Shown one piece after another: positions 13,621 through 26,148 of a DNA stretch of 64,000 nucleotides. Source of the DNA: the human T2T-CHM13v2.0 reference genome, Homo sapiens; NCBI RefSeq assembly GCF_009914755.1, contig NC_060942.1; one strand, given 5' to 3'. A program made the translations under genes and the position numbers. The first letter of the stretch is position 1; every line of letters starts with the position of its first letter. A model generated the notes under the pieces. That model did no database searches, had not been told where the DNA came from, and saw only the letters and a list, made by a program, of their open reading frames with translations.

Positions 13621-14507
13621 AAGGTTTTACATTTAAATCTTTAATCCATCTTGAGTTAATTTTTTGTATATGGTGATACATAGGGGTCCAGTTTCAGTCC
13701 TCTGCATATGATAGCCAGTTATCCCAGTATCATTTTTTGCAGAGGGAGTCTTTTTCCCATTGCTTATTTCTATGAAGTTTTTCTAAGACAACATGGTTGT
13801 AAGTGGGTTGTTTATTTCTGGGATTTATATCCTGTTCCACCAGTCTATGTTTCTGTTTTTGTATCAGTACGATGCTGTTTTGATTACTGTGGGCTCTTGT
13901 AGTATAGTTTGAAGTTGGGAAATGCGATGATCTCAGCTTTGTTCTTTTTGTTTAGGATTGCTTTGGCTATTTGGGCTCTTTCATGGTTTCCTATAAATTT
14001 AAGAATAGTTGTTTTTTTTTCTAATTCTGTGAAAAATGATGTTGGGTAATTTGATGGAAATAGTGTTGAATCCATAAATTGCTTTGTGTAGTATGGCCAT
14101 TTTAATGATATTGATTCTTCCAATCCATGAGCATGGAAGCATTTTCCATTTCCATGTGTCATCTCTGATTTCTTTCAGCAGTGTTTTATAGTTCTTCACC
14201 TCCTTGATTAGCTGTAGTCTCAGGAATTTCATTTTCTGGGTGTGGCCATTTTAAATGAGATTGTGTTCTTGATTCGGCTCTCAGCTAAAACATAATTGGT
14301 ATATAGAAATGCTACTGATTATTGTACATTGATTTCATAACCTGAGACTTCACTGAAGTCATTTATCAGTTGTAGGTGCATTTTAGTGGAGTTTTTTTCC
14401 TAGGTATAGAAAAATATCATCAATGAAGAGATATAGTTTTAATTATTTTCCTATTTTGAAGCCTTTTATTTCTTTCTCTTGCCTGATTGCTCTGGCTAGG
14501 ACTTCCA
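13621..14507 (-). mobile_element. L1 (L1PA15/16 or L1PB-like) ORF2 segment, inverted part of a composite insertion
   Basis: Minus-strand ORFs give L1 ORF2 peptides ([30 protein letters not shown]). Confidence 0.92.
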
Positions 14508-14818
14508 GGAGCTGGAGGTCATTAACCAAAGCCAACTAATGCAGAAACAGAAAAGCTAATACTGCATGTTGTCAATTACAAGTAGGAGCTAAACACTGAG
14601 TGCACATAGACATAAAGATAGAAATAATAGGCACTGGGGGACTACTAGATTGGGGAGAGTGGGAGGAGGGCAAGAACTGAAAACCTATCTATTGTTTTTT
14701 TTTACCACTTGGGTGACAGATTTAGTCATTCCCCAAACCTGAGCATCACAAAACATACCTTTGTAACAAACCTGCAAATGTACTTGCTGAATCTAAAACA
14801 AAAGTTGGGGAAAAAAAA
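14508..14818 (+). mobile_element. L1PA15/16-like 3' end with A tail
   Basis: gagctggaggtcatt...gtaacaaacctgcaaatgtac...aatctaaaacaaaagtt followed by an A-run. Confidence 0.9.
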
Positions 14819-14920
14819 GTAACTAATGTCTGCCAAAAACACTGAAGTGAATAAACAGTAAGAATTATTAAATATATTAAAACTTGTGATATAAACATTG
14901 CTTACATCAGCTGAATTTTC

Positions 14921-15250
14921 CACAGCTGGTATTATACAGAGTGGGGGAAAAACTGAAAGCCTTTCCTCTAATATCTGGAACATGACAAGGGTTTCCAGTC
15001 ACCACTGTTATTCAATATAGTACTAGAAGTCCTAGCTAGGATGATCAGACAAGAGAAAGATATAAACGGCATCCAAATTGGAAAGGATGAAGTCAGATTA
15101 CTCTTATTGGCAGATGGTATAATGTTATATCTGGAAGAATCTAAAGACTACACAAGAAAATTATTAGAACTCATAAAATTTCAGTAAAGTTGTAGGATAC
15201 AAAAGTGACATACAAAAATCAGTAGCATTTCTATATGCCAACAGTAAACA
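14921..15250 (+). mobile_element. L1MA-type ORF2 (RT region) fragment
   Basis: aactgaaagcctttcctcta...gaagtcctagctag...aaaatcagtagcatttctatatgcc. Confidence 0.88.
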
Positions 15251-16274
15251 CGGGGATATTTAATTCATCTGAAGATAATGGAATTATGGAGACAAGATTT
15301 TGCTTATTAAATCATGTAAAGATTTAAAAATACACAGAGGATAAAATACATTAGTTTTTAAGAAAGAAGACTCAGTCACACAGTTGCTATTAATAAGTTT
15401 TGTTCTCAATATTGAGAAGATGCTCTAAACAATTTCTATCTAAATTTATATACCATATCCCATTTATTGACTCTATTCTTGCTATTTGCCTTCTAATTAT
15501 TCATGTTTCTTTCCTTACTTTTTGATTTCTCAGCAATTCCAATTTTTTTTCAGTTTCCTCTTCTCATCACCCTAATAATTTTTATTATCCTTCAGATTCA
15601 TTCAATGGATATTTAATTGCCATTCATTATATAAGCCTGTCAGGAAGCTGAGGAAAGTAGTAGTTTTTACAACCTAGAAAAGCTTTTGGACTTAGTAAGT
15701 TACATCTGAGATAAATTTTCCCTTGCTATCCGATTGAATATAAGTTGTCACTTTTTTTCAAAGGAAAATTCTACCTTTAAAGTAGATAAATTAATTCTGC
15801 CTTGGTGCAAGCTTGCATTTTGAAAATAAGTCATATTCTCTTCTATTGTGGAATTCTGAAAATTTAAAAGTTAGTATAGGAATAGAGAATGCATATGTGT
15901 GCACATATGTATATGATAGGCATTATACATGAATACATGCTTGTGCATATATTTGTGAGTGTATAAACAGTGTTTCCAAAAATGTAGGATCTTTTTACAT
16001 CTAATATTCAAGTATATTATTTAGTGTATTCATTACAGTTCACTACCTCTATATTTTGATCCGTTCAGAGACAAGAGAAATCTTTGTGAATAAATGATGA
16101 AGAAATGGAATTCCTGAAAAAATGCTGGGATTATATATTAAGAATGGGAGAATTATTATTGGATCGACTCAATGTTTAATTCATCAAAAACCCATATTCA
16201 TAAACCAAGCAATAGCTTTAATAATATGATTTATATAGTTCTTTATAGTTTGTTATTCCTTAGTACATAAAATT

Positions 16275-16640
16275 AGGAGATATATATGATATATAATAAT
16301 TATATATCATATGTTACTGTGTGTTTATATATGATACATATTATATAGTTAATAATAATATATAACATTATATATTATAATTATATAATTATTTTATATT
16401 TATATTATTATGTAGTATATTTAAATAAAATAATTTAAGATTATATATTTGTATTATTATAATACATATATACAATAATTATATATAAGTATTACATATA
16501 TTTATATACAAATATTTCTACAGATATATTTATGTTATATATAAATATATGTAATATATTAGATATATTTACATAAATACATATAATTTATAATTCCAAT
16601 ATATATTATTGGAGAAATCTATATATATATAGGATATACA
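16275..16640. repeat. AT-rich low-complexity (TA)n-like tract
   Basis: Almost only A/T, with degenerate TA repeats. Confidence 0.9.
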
Positions 16641-16686
16641 ATTATTTTTGTATCAACATTGAGTAAATCCAAAATTATCGTCCCAG

Positions 16687-16953
16687 TTTTCTTTTTTTTT
16701 TTTTTTTTTTTTGGAGATGGAATTTCAATCTTGTTGCCCAGGGTGGAATGCAATGGCACAATCTCTGCCTCAGCCTCCGGAGTAGCTGGGATTACAGGCA
16801 TGCGCCAAAACACCCAGCTAATTTTGTATTTTTAGTAGAGACGGGGTTTCTCCATGTTGGTCAGGCTGGTGTTGAACTCCCAGCCTCAGGTTATCCACCC
16901 GCCTAGGCCTCCCAAAGTGCTGGGATTACAGGCATGAGCCACTATGCCCAGCC
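16687..16953 (-). mobile_element. AluSp-like with internal deletion
   Basis: gggtttctccatgttggtcaggctgg diagnostic segment; about 40 nt missing from the right arm near 16765. Confidence 0.95.
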
Positions 16954-18255
16954 TATTCTCCCTTTCTTTATGAATAATTTCAGCATTTTTTGAGACATTC
17001 AATGCTAACTTGAATGCACGTCCATTCTTTGCCAAATGTGTAGGTAAGAATCAACTGAAGACTTAAAACAAAATGCCATGTCTAAGCTTGACCAAAATTA
17101 ATTCCACTTTAGTCTGTCTCAGATAGGTTCCAGACATTGCATTCTATCATTCTTTGTCAGTGATTTTGATGCTTTTTATTAGTTGTTTACCATTGACTTT
17201 AAGATAAATCAGGATTTCAATACAGAACACCGGGCTTTCTATTTCTGTTCCTCACATACCTTCGAATCTCCTCTGGAAAAAAAGCAAATGATACCTGCCA
17301 TGTTATAGCACTACTGTTATGAACAAATATGGTATTTGAGATGACGAAACTATATATATAACCTGGCTATCCTATATAAATTTATACATGACTAAGCAAG
17401 TTAAAAACAGATATGGTTTTCAATACTCAATGCTCTCTTTAGCTGCATGATGGTAAAGGTTCATGTAAGTTTATTATAAATTTGATGAAGTCTAAACATA
17501 TTTTATGAATAAATTAGTTTGTGAACATATTTGTTATAAAACAATATAGCCGACTTTCCATCATCAATTTGACTGCAGATTAACCAATTTGGTCATAGTT
17601 CAAAAACCACATTCACATTCATATAGAAACAAAATTCTTTGTGTATACTCAGGAAATTGCAAAAGAAATAAGGTAAGTTTTCAAGATAAACGTGTACTTA
17701 CAGACAGAGAAAGAAATAAAGAAGAAAACATTTAGGAGTAAACTATATCAGGGGAGATTCAGTTTTTATTTCCCCATTTCTGTTTTTCTAAAGGTAGTTT
17801 AGAAATAGTAATCACAAATGAATTAAACTATATTCTCATTTTCTTTTTGTATTTATTTCATTATTTTTTTCTCTGCAGCCCATCTTCTTTACTTCCCCCT
17901 CATCTTATCTAATTCTAGGCTTTCTTTCTCTGAGTTTTAAAATATGATTTATTGCATCTTGAGGGAAACATGGTTTTTGTAGCAATATACATCCAGTTTC
18001 TTAGGAAAACCAATTTGAACAAAAAACATAGATACACTATAATATCCTCCATAGATATTTTAGATAATTTTCTACCAATATTCTCATCTTCTTGAATTGA
18101 CAGAGTGTTGTTAATAAGACACTTTTCAAAAACGCAATTTAAACAATTGTAGTTACTCAGTTATACTTTGCCCACCGCTGAAGAAACAACCTCATGCATA
18201 AGGATCAGGACATGGGAACGATATAGGACTTGATTTAGATATTTATCAGATTTAC

Positions 18256-18653
18256 TATATTAGTTTGCTAGGGCCGCCATAACAAAATACCACAGACAGG
18301 ATGGCTTTTACTGCAGAAATTCATTTTATCACAGGTCTGTAAGGTAGATGTCCAAGATCCAAGTGGCAGTGTGTTTTGGTGTTTTCTAAGGCCTCTCTCC
18401 TTGGCTTAGAGACAACTGCCATCTGTCTGTGTCCCCACTTAGTCATCTCTCACCCTGTGCGTGTCTGTGTTCTGATCTCCTATTCTTATAATTACAACAG
18501 CCGTATCGGACTCGGGCTTACCCTAATGTCCTCATTGTACCTTAATTACCTCTTTAATAGTCTCATCTCCAAATGTCGTCATGTTCAGAAGTACTACTAG
18601 AAGTTAGGGCTTCGACATTTGTGGGGAAAGGATACACAATCTAGCCCATAACA
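18256..18653 (-). mobile_element. MLT1A-like MaLR solo LTR
   Basis: Termini tattagtttgctagggccgccataacaaaataccacagac and cacaatctagcccataaca. Confidence 0.88.
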
Positions 18654-19159
18654 TACATGTTCATAAATACAAACAGGTATTGTTCAGATGTTAGCTATTA
18701 GCCTTTTAAATCTATAATCATTGTTTAAATCTGTGAGTGTTATCATGTAGTAAAAACAATATTGTCTTAATAATATTAATCCTCTTTGGCGGATATAGGT
18801 TGTTTTGTTCCCTAGCTTGTCATTGATTTCTATCACTTTCTCTGACGCATATGAAATCCTTAATAATTAATGGTTGCATATACGGATGTGTGGTAGAATA
18901 CATGGATGGTGAAGGAATGAATGAACCATCGCATGAGCAAATAAATAAAAATACAGAATTTATATAAACTTTTATATTGTTAGTACAATAAAAGTACAAT
19001 TAGTGTTACTAGTAAGTCCACAATAAGTGTTAGGAGTATTTTGACTTTTCTAGCAATAGAAAGCTGGTTCAAGTTTACTTCCTTCAGGAATTAAAGTCAG
19101 TCTTGCTCTGACTAGTCTATTCTCACTACACTTACTCAGCATTTGTGAATTGAATTTGA

Positions 19160-19355
19160 TCCATATGTTTGTTCACATCTGTTGGTTTGCCACTTACAGA
19201 AAATACTCAAATCCAGATGTGGATATGTTTTGTCTGTGCAAATTAATTGGTATGATTATCAAGACTAGAGGCTGTACTTTTCATTTCCCCATGTAGCACC
19301 TAAATAGGTTTTCTATACACAGTGGTAACCCAATAAATTTCTTGCTAACTAATGC
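19160..19355 (+). mobile_element. L2 3' end fragment
   Basis: tagcacctaaatagg...acacagtggtaacccaataaatttcttg resembles the L2 tail. Confidence 0.5.
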
Positions 19356-20061
19356 ATCTCCCATTCATGAGCCCCTAGTTGATATTTTTTATCTTTTGCT
19401 GCCTGCAAGTTGAAGTATACATTTCAATTAGATCTCCACTTACTGAAAAGAGAGATTTGTCAGAGAAACCAGAGTAAGCAATTTGTCATGTTGTTTTCAT
19501 GCAGCCATAAAATAATATTTCAAACTCTGTTATATTTGGAGATTACTCTGCCATATCCTGAAATTCATAAAATGCAATATGTGGATGCATAACGGATGAG
19601 GTGCATTTCAGAAATGAAAATGATTGCAGTACACAGAGTTTGTAAATCAAATTTGTGAAGCACTTCAGGATGAAAGCCACTATACAATAAATATAGGTTG
19701 TGAAAGGATACATTTGTTGCATAAATACAATTTCCTCTGCCTGGAAGTTTTTAACCACATAATAATCTCCAGGTCAGATTTCAAAACCTCCTTTTATTGA
19801 TGTAATTTGGAAAAAAAATTGATATAAAATGATTCCTGATGTGTCAGCCACTGATTTCTTGATGTTTTCTTCTGCCTTCTTAATACATGTCCATGATCTG
19901 ACAAAACTAAGATCTCTGTCACCAGATTTTCTTTCTATGAGATGCTGGTTCTTATTTTCTAAATTGTAATTTAGTCTCCCATGGTTTGACCTCATCTCAG
20001 CAGATAGCTTATATTATGTTTTACACATAAAGAAAAGGAATTTTATATATACCTAATTATA

Positions 20062-20136
20062 GATCATATCTATATATGTATATATCTATATATGTGTATA
20101 TATGTATATATCTATATATGTGTATATATGTATATC
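20062..20136. repeat. (TA)n-derived tandem repeat
   Basis: Repeated tatatgtatatatctatatatgtgta unit. Confidence 0.9.
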
Positions 20137-20809
20137 AAAATCTAAAAATTAAATAACCTAAAAATTAAAATAACTTTTTTATGTGTGGAATTTACTACTT
20201 ACGTTACAAAGTACAACCATTCCTCAGCAAGGGTTTCTCCAGAAATTAGCCCTAAAATGTATTTGTAGATTACTGAATGATATAATGTGCAGTGTTTGAA
20301 ACAGCATAAATAGAATTAACTCACTAAAATATCCCATTAGAGTATTTGGAGATTTCCAATAAAACAAATATATCCAAGATAGTGTGATGCTCTAGCAAAT
20401 ATTTATATTTACACAATTCTTTCCAATGACAATTACCAAATGTACATAAAAGTAAACATGAAAACACAATAAATACCAAAATACATTCATATTTGATAAC
20501 ATATTTTAATATTTTGCTATAATAGTCCCTGAAGAATATTCATGAAAAGATATTTAAGCATGAGTCAAATAAAGACAATTGTCAAAACCACACCTAACAA
20601 TTTTATAATAATTTCCAAACGTTATTCACTGCCCAGTGGGTATTTGAATTTTACTGATTATCCCCCAAATATGTTATTTACCTTGTTTTCTCCCAGGAGG
20701 CTCCAGTAAAAGACCATACATTACATTTGGTTATTTATCTTTTAGACTTTAGACAAAATTCAATATAAATTAATATAAAAGGCCAAGGAATACACAAAAC
20801 AACAACACA

Positions 20810-21130
20810 TTTCTGCAATAAATAGCAAATTTAATGAGATTGAAAGATGCAAGGTCAATATAAAACACTCAATCGTATTCCTATATAACATTAAGAAATA
20901 ATTTGACTCATATAAAAAAGTAATAACATTGAAGTATGAAAGAAGTTAATAATAAATCTAAGAAAAATGGTGAAAGATCTTTATGCAAAAACCAAAAAAT
21001 ACTGATGAAAGAAATAAAAGATCTAGATAAGCACTGAGACAAGCCATGTTCATATTTTGGAAGTTTGAATATTTTTAATATGTTAATTCTTTCCAATCTG
21101 ATGCTATCCTCTTCAAAGTACTAGCAAGCC
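20810..21130 (+). mobile_element. Old L1M ORF2 fragment
   Basis: gatgcaaggtcaatataaaa...aaagatctttatgcaaaaacc...actgatgaaagaaataaaaga. Confidence 0.7.
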
Positions 21131-21299
21131 ACATATTTTTTCTTATTGTCAATATGAACTTGATTGGCATTCGAAGGTTAAACTGTCATTGGTTTGCTGG
21201 TATCAATACCATTTGTTTGTGGTATATGATTGATCCTTTTCGGTTCTCACCTAATACATAATTATTTTTATATGCTTCTGTTGGAACATTTGGTAACTA

Positions 21300-23095
21300 A
21301 TTCTAAACCTTCTTTTATAGTGTGTTTGAAGTATACAGAATGCTCCCAAAAGAATAGTTTTATCACCATTCCAGTAACTTTTGTGTTTCATTTACATGTT
21401 AGTTATTATTTAGTTTAAAATTTGCCCCTTGTGATTTATCATTTCACATATGGATGTTACAGAAATGTGGTGTACAATTTCTATTGGTATTAGTGTTTTG
21501 TTTTATGTTTTTTCAATTTATCATCTAATTCTGATGTGGTTGAATAACATACTCTATATAGTATTAATCCTTTTAAATTAAATAAGACTTGTTTACTGGT
21601 CCAGTATATAAACTATGTTTGGGGATTTAACATGCACAGTAGAAAATAACTATGCATTCTTTATTTTTTGGATGTGGAACTCTAAAAATGTCAAATGGTT
21701 TCAGTGGTCAATAACGTTGTCCACATCCTTTATAAATATATTGATAATTTTTGTTTAGTTATCACAAGATAATTCAATAGGTATTTTAAAATGTCTTACT
21801 TTAGGAATATAGAATTTTCTATTGCTTTGTTCATTTTTTTCAATCATGTGTTTTTGAGGCCCTGTTATTAAGCATTTACACATTTGTGACCATTACAGTT
21901 TTTATTTTATTTTATTTTATTTTATTTTATTTTATTTTAACTTCTGGGATACATGTGCAGGAAATGCAAGTTTGTTACATAGGTAAACATGTGCCATGGC
22001 CGTTTGCTGTACTGTACCTATCAACCCATCACCTAGGTATTACGCCTTGCATGCATTAGCTGTTTATTTATCCTGATGGTCTTCGTCCCTCTGTACCACC
22101 ACCCACCTAACAGGCCCCAGCATGTGATGTTCCCCTCCCTGTGTCCATGTGTTATCTTGTTTAGCTCCCACTTATAAGTGAGAACATATGGTGTTTGGTT
22201 TTCTGTTACTGTGTTAGTTTGCTGAGGATGATGGCTTCCAGCTTCATCCATGTCCCTGTGAAGGACATAATGTCATTCCTTTTTATAGCTGCATTGTATT
22301 CCATGGTGTGTATGTACCAAATTTTCTTTATCCAATTCATCATTAATGGGCATTTGGATTGATTCCATATCTTTGCTATTGTGAATAGTGCCACAAGGAA
22401 CATAAAGAACATATGCATCCCTGTATCCTTATATTAGAATGATTTATATTCCTTTAGGTATATACCCAGTAATGGGATTGCTGGGTAAAATAGTATTTCT
22501 GGTTCTAGATCTTTGAGGAATTGCCACACTGTCTTCCACAATGGTTGAACTAATTTACATTCTCACTGACAGCATAAAAGCATTCCTATTTCTCCGAAGC
22601 CTCACCAGCATCTGTTGTTTCTTGACTTTTTAGTAATGACCATTCTGACTGGCATGAGATGGTATCTCAGTGTGGTTTTGATTTGCATTTCTCTAATGAT
22701 CAGTGATGCTGAGCATTTTTTTCATATGTTTTTTGGCCACATACATGTATTCTTTTGAGAAGTGTCTATTCATGTCCTTTGCCCACTTTTTAATGGGGTT
22801 GTTTTGTTTCTTGTAAATTTGTTTAAGTCTCTTGTAGATTCTAGATATTAGACCATTACAGTTTTTTGATTAACTGGCTCTTTTATCATTATGACATGTC
22901 CTTCTTATTTTTGTAGTAGCCTTTGAAGTTCATTTTCCCTGGTATTAATATAATCACCTTGGCCTCCTTAAGCCTATGATTTCCATGGTGTATCTTTTCC
23001 TATCTAGTTACTCTCAATTCATGTGTCCTTATATTTAAAGCGCATATTTATTATAAAGCCTATAGTTGATTCTTGCTTGATTATTCAGAGTGATT
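21300..23095 (-). mobile_element. Old L1M ORF2 endonuclease-region fragment, host of an L1PA insertion
   Basis: Degenerate antisense L1 ORF2 5' region; sequence resumes after the TSD at 22851. Confidence 0.7.
21904..22850 (-). mobile_element. 5'-truncated L1PA (about PA8-PA11) 3' end
   Basis: (TTTTA)n tail; ORF2 C-terminal peptide WIKKIWYIHTMEY; perfect 16-bp TSD gaccattacagttttt at 21888-21903 and 22851-22866. Confidence 0.96.
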
Positions 23096-24041
23096 AATCA
23101 AGTAATAAAATAAAAGCAAAGACTATAGCTATGGTTGAGTTTGGAAGTCCACACATTCTAGGCTGAAGATTGTGGCTATTATACCAAATCATAACAGTTT
23201 TGGAAAATGCGTATTTCTGGTACATAATATGGAATGGCTTCACAGGAATGTGGGAGGAGCTGAGATAGAGAAACTTGCAAAGAGGTAGGTTGAGTTTCAG
23301 AGAAATAATTCCTAAACATATCAGCCTCAAACATTGATGCAGATGGAAAAGCTAGAGAGTGCAGGAGAGTCTGAGAATTTGAGTCCATCTGACAACCAGA
23401 CTGGGACAGCAGATGAATTCTGGGGGAGCTTTGGAGAAAGTGCCTTGTCTATGGCAGTTGAAGGAGACGTGAATGGAGGCCACTGTGTCTGAGCAAGCTG
23501 TTCTCTGTGACCAGCAAGACCATTAATCAATAACAACCCCTTTTTTACTTCTACCTTTCAAATTGCACATGAGCTTCTCTGGTTGGTAAATGACAAAGCA
23601 ATAGGATTTTGGAAGACATTTAACTATTATGTATATGACTGGTAGTGCCAAGTTGACAAAAATCAGGCAGTGTTAAACACTAGCCTGGTTTGTCACTCTC
23701 TTTCAACCCAATCATGTAATGAATGTGACTCTTTTGAAGGTGATGTGATATGAATAAGCAGAGCTTTAGGACATTTAAGCTGGCAGCATATTTTAAACCT
23801 TGTTTGGAAAGTGGAGAACATGGAATAAAAAACAATTTACACTTTAAAAGAGACAATAAGGAAACAGACGTACAATAGAAAAACTAGGACAGAGTACTCA
23901 AAGGCCACTACAAAGAAGCAATGGAAATGTATATCACAGATGCTTACGCTATATTTTATCAGATTTTTGATTTCTGTATTTCACTATTCAATGATGTAAG
24001 TTATCAAAATGATAGATTTCAGAATACATTTGGGACATAAC

Positions 24042-24401
24042 ATGGTGCAGCAGTCGTTAATGTCACTTACAAAATATTTATAGCTCTGTTTTTTCCCCGG
24101 CTAGAAGAAAAATTGAACTGCCCAGAGCTTTTCAAAGTGGTAGCCATGGGATTTGCTTTGGTCAATGTAATGTAAACAAAAATGTGCTCCTTGCACACAG
24201 AAGCTTAAAGGACCAGATGGCCTTTTACCATATTCTCTTTTCATAGCTGTGGTGATGTATCAAATTCATCACACTAGTTACAGTTGCCCTGTCAACTCAT
24301 ACAGGACAGACAGCCTGAGAAAGAGATAAACTTATTTCGTGCCATGTCACTGAGATCAGGCATCTGTTTCTACAGTACAACAGCCCATCCAAATAAATAC
24401 A
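24042..24401 (+). mobile_element. Old MLT1 (MLT1I/J/K-like) LTR
   Basis: gccatgggatttgctttggtcaatgtaatgtaa...gagataaacttatt...cactgagat...aataca. Confidence 0.65.
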
Positions 24402-24620
24402 ATGGTGTTAAAAAGACATGGCCAATGGAACAAGGTAAACATGAATTTAAACCCTTTTCCACACATTTTTATTTGTGTGACTATAGGAAATTGTGTACAT
24501 TCTCTGAATATCAGTTTTCTTAAAATTTCTCTTGTTAGAGATAATACACACAAAATATCTAATATAGAAGGCATTCCATAAATCGTATCTATTATTAATA
24601 GAAATTGGTCAACAATATAA
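24402..24620 (+). mobile_element. MIR
   Basis: tggtgttaaaaagacatggcc...tgtgtgactataggaaattg...ctctgaatatcagttttct. Confidence 0.6.
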
Positions 24621-25389
24621 CACTGAACGTGTTTATTCAATAAAACTATCTAGCTTATGGGAGCAAAAGATCATGCCAGGAATGAAAACACATACCTCTA
24701 TGAAAAGTGATATGTTTTCTAGAAAGCTAAAGTAAATCTAAGGAAAAGGACAAGCAAGATCTATTGTTCCCCTGAAGATTTGGTTTTCTAAAAACAAAGA
24801 TTAGCATTCTCTTCATTCATATTCACTTCTCAAGTAAAGCATGGAAATTAAATAAAACAAAGTGTAATAACTGTTTTCTCTGCTAGAGTTGATATCAGTG
24901 TCCATGGTGAGCGACACTTCATGAATAACACATTGAATCATTAGCATATCAAAGCAGCTTTCCTTTTGCTGTTATTTTACCACATGGATCAGGTCTTTGA
25001 TTAGAACTAAGCAACATTTGGGCATGCTGTTACTTCACAAAGGATTAGCTAATGGAGAGAACCTAATCTCCTATCATTTGGGACATTTTGTATTAATTCA
25101 AATACTTAGAAAACAAGTCCATAAGTGAATGCTATGCAAGACATGCTGCAGCTCCAATCTGCGTTTTTCATCCCTAAAATAACTGAGTTTTATTATGATC
25201 CACTTTAGATGAGAGATTTTTTTTGCACAAACAATTTCATGGTTAGACACACTTTTTGTTCAAAATTACATAAAAAAATCAAGAAGAAAATATGCATTCC
25301 ATGTAGAAAATTCTGCCAAAAAAAACAGAACTATCAGCCTGGGTTACAGCCTGGGATACAACTATCACTTGTACCCAGGAAAGTATTCG

Positions 25390-25960
25390 CTTATTCTTTT
25401 ATTTAGACACTGTACTGCATTCCAACAACATCTAATAACATGCAGATGAACAGGACACTCTTCCTACTCATAGTTATCTCAGTTATCTTAGGAGTGATAA
25501 GCAAATCATTGTAAATTAATATTAGGCATGTTTAATTGAGTCAGATCGTATATGACATGGGAACTCAGAAAAAGTGGCAGTCTGGGTTATCTGAAGATGG
25601 CTTCACAGATAATTTAAACTTTAGGCTGGATCTTACTTTTAGCTAAACTAAAATTAGAGAAAGGAAGAGATGAAAAAGAAAGACAAAGAAATTAAAAATT
25701 TTGTTTTTAACCAAAGCAGCAGCAAATGAAATGTAGGCATGTGTAAAGAAGAAATTATAGAGTATACGGAAAACTGAAAGACACATATTTTAATTGGGAA
25801 GTCAGGTGCATTTTTTAGACTGAGATTAGAGAAGACAGAAAGACTAGCTTTAGGGTGGAAGCAACAATTATCTTAGATGCAATGCTAAGAAGAGACTTCT
25901 TTTCCATCTTCAATGAGAATAATAATAAAGTTTTTAGGTTTTAAAAATTAGATATGGTAT
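25390..25960 (-). mobile_element. L2 3' region fragment
   Basis: gcagatgaacaggacac...gaagatggcttcacaga...aggctggatctt, typical antisense L2. Confidence 0.55.
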
Positions 25961-25974
25961 TAAGTAATCACATT

Positions 25975-26148
25975 TATTTGTTCATTGATTATTAATATAT
26001 TAATTGACAAATCATAATTGTATATATTAGGTAAAATATGATGTTTTAATAGATGCATAAATGTGGAATCATTACATCAGGATAATCATTATGTCTATCA
26101 CCTCACTTATGTTTTTAGAGATGTTTGAAATTTACTCCTAGTTATTCT
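25975..26148 (-). mobile_element. L1MA8/9-like terminal 3' fragment
   Basis: taattgacaaatcataattgtatatat...atcacctcacttatg...gaaatttactc. Confidence 0.7.

Noticed and set aside
17570-17680. Strong splice donor AAG/GTAAGT near 17672
   Set aside because: No convincing acceptor, reading frame or partner exon; such sites occur by chance
19774-19995. 73-aa minus-strand ORF in apparently unique DNA
   Set aside because: No recognisable homology or splice context
23120-23650. Possible old ERVL/MaLR LTR
   Set aside because: Composition is suggestive but I could not match a consensus
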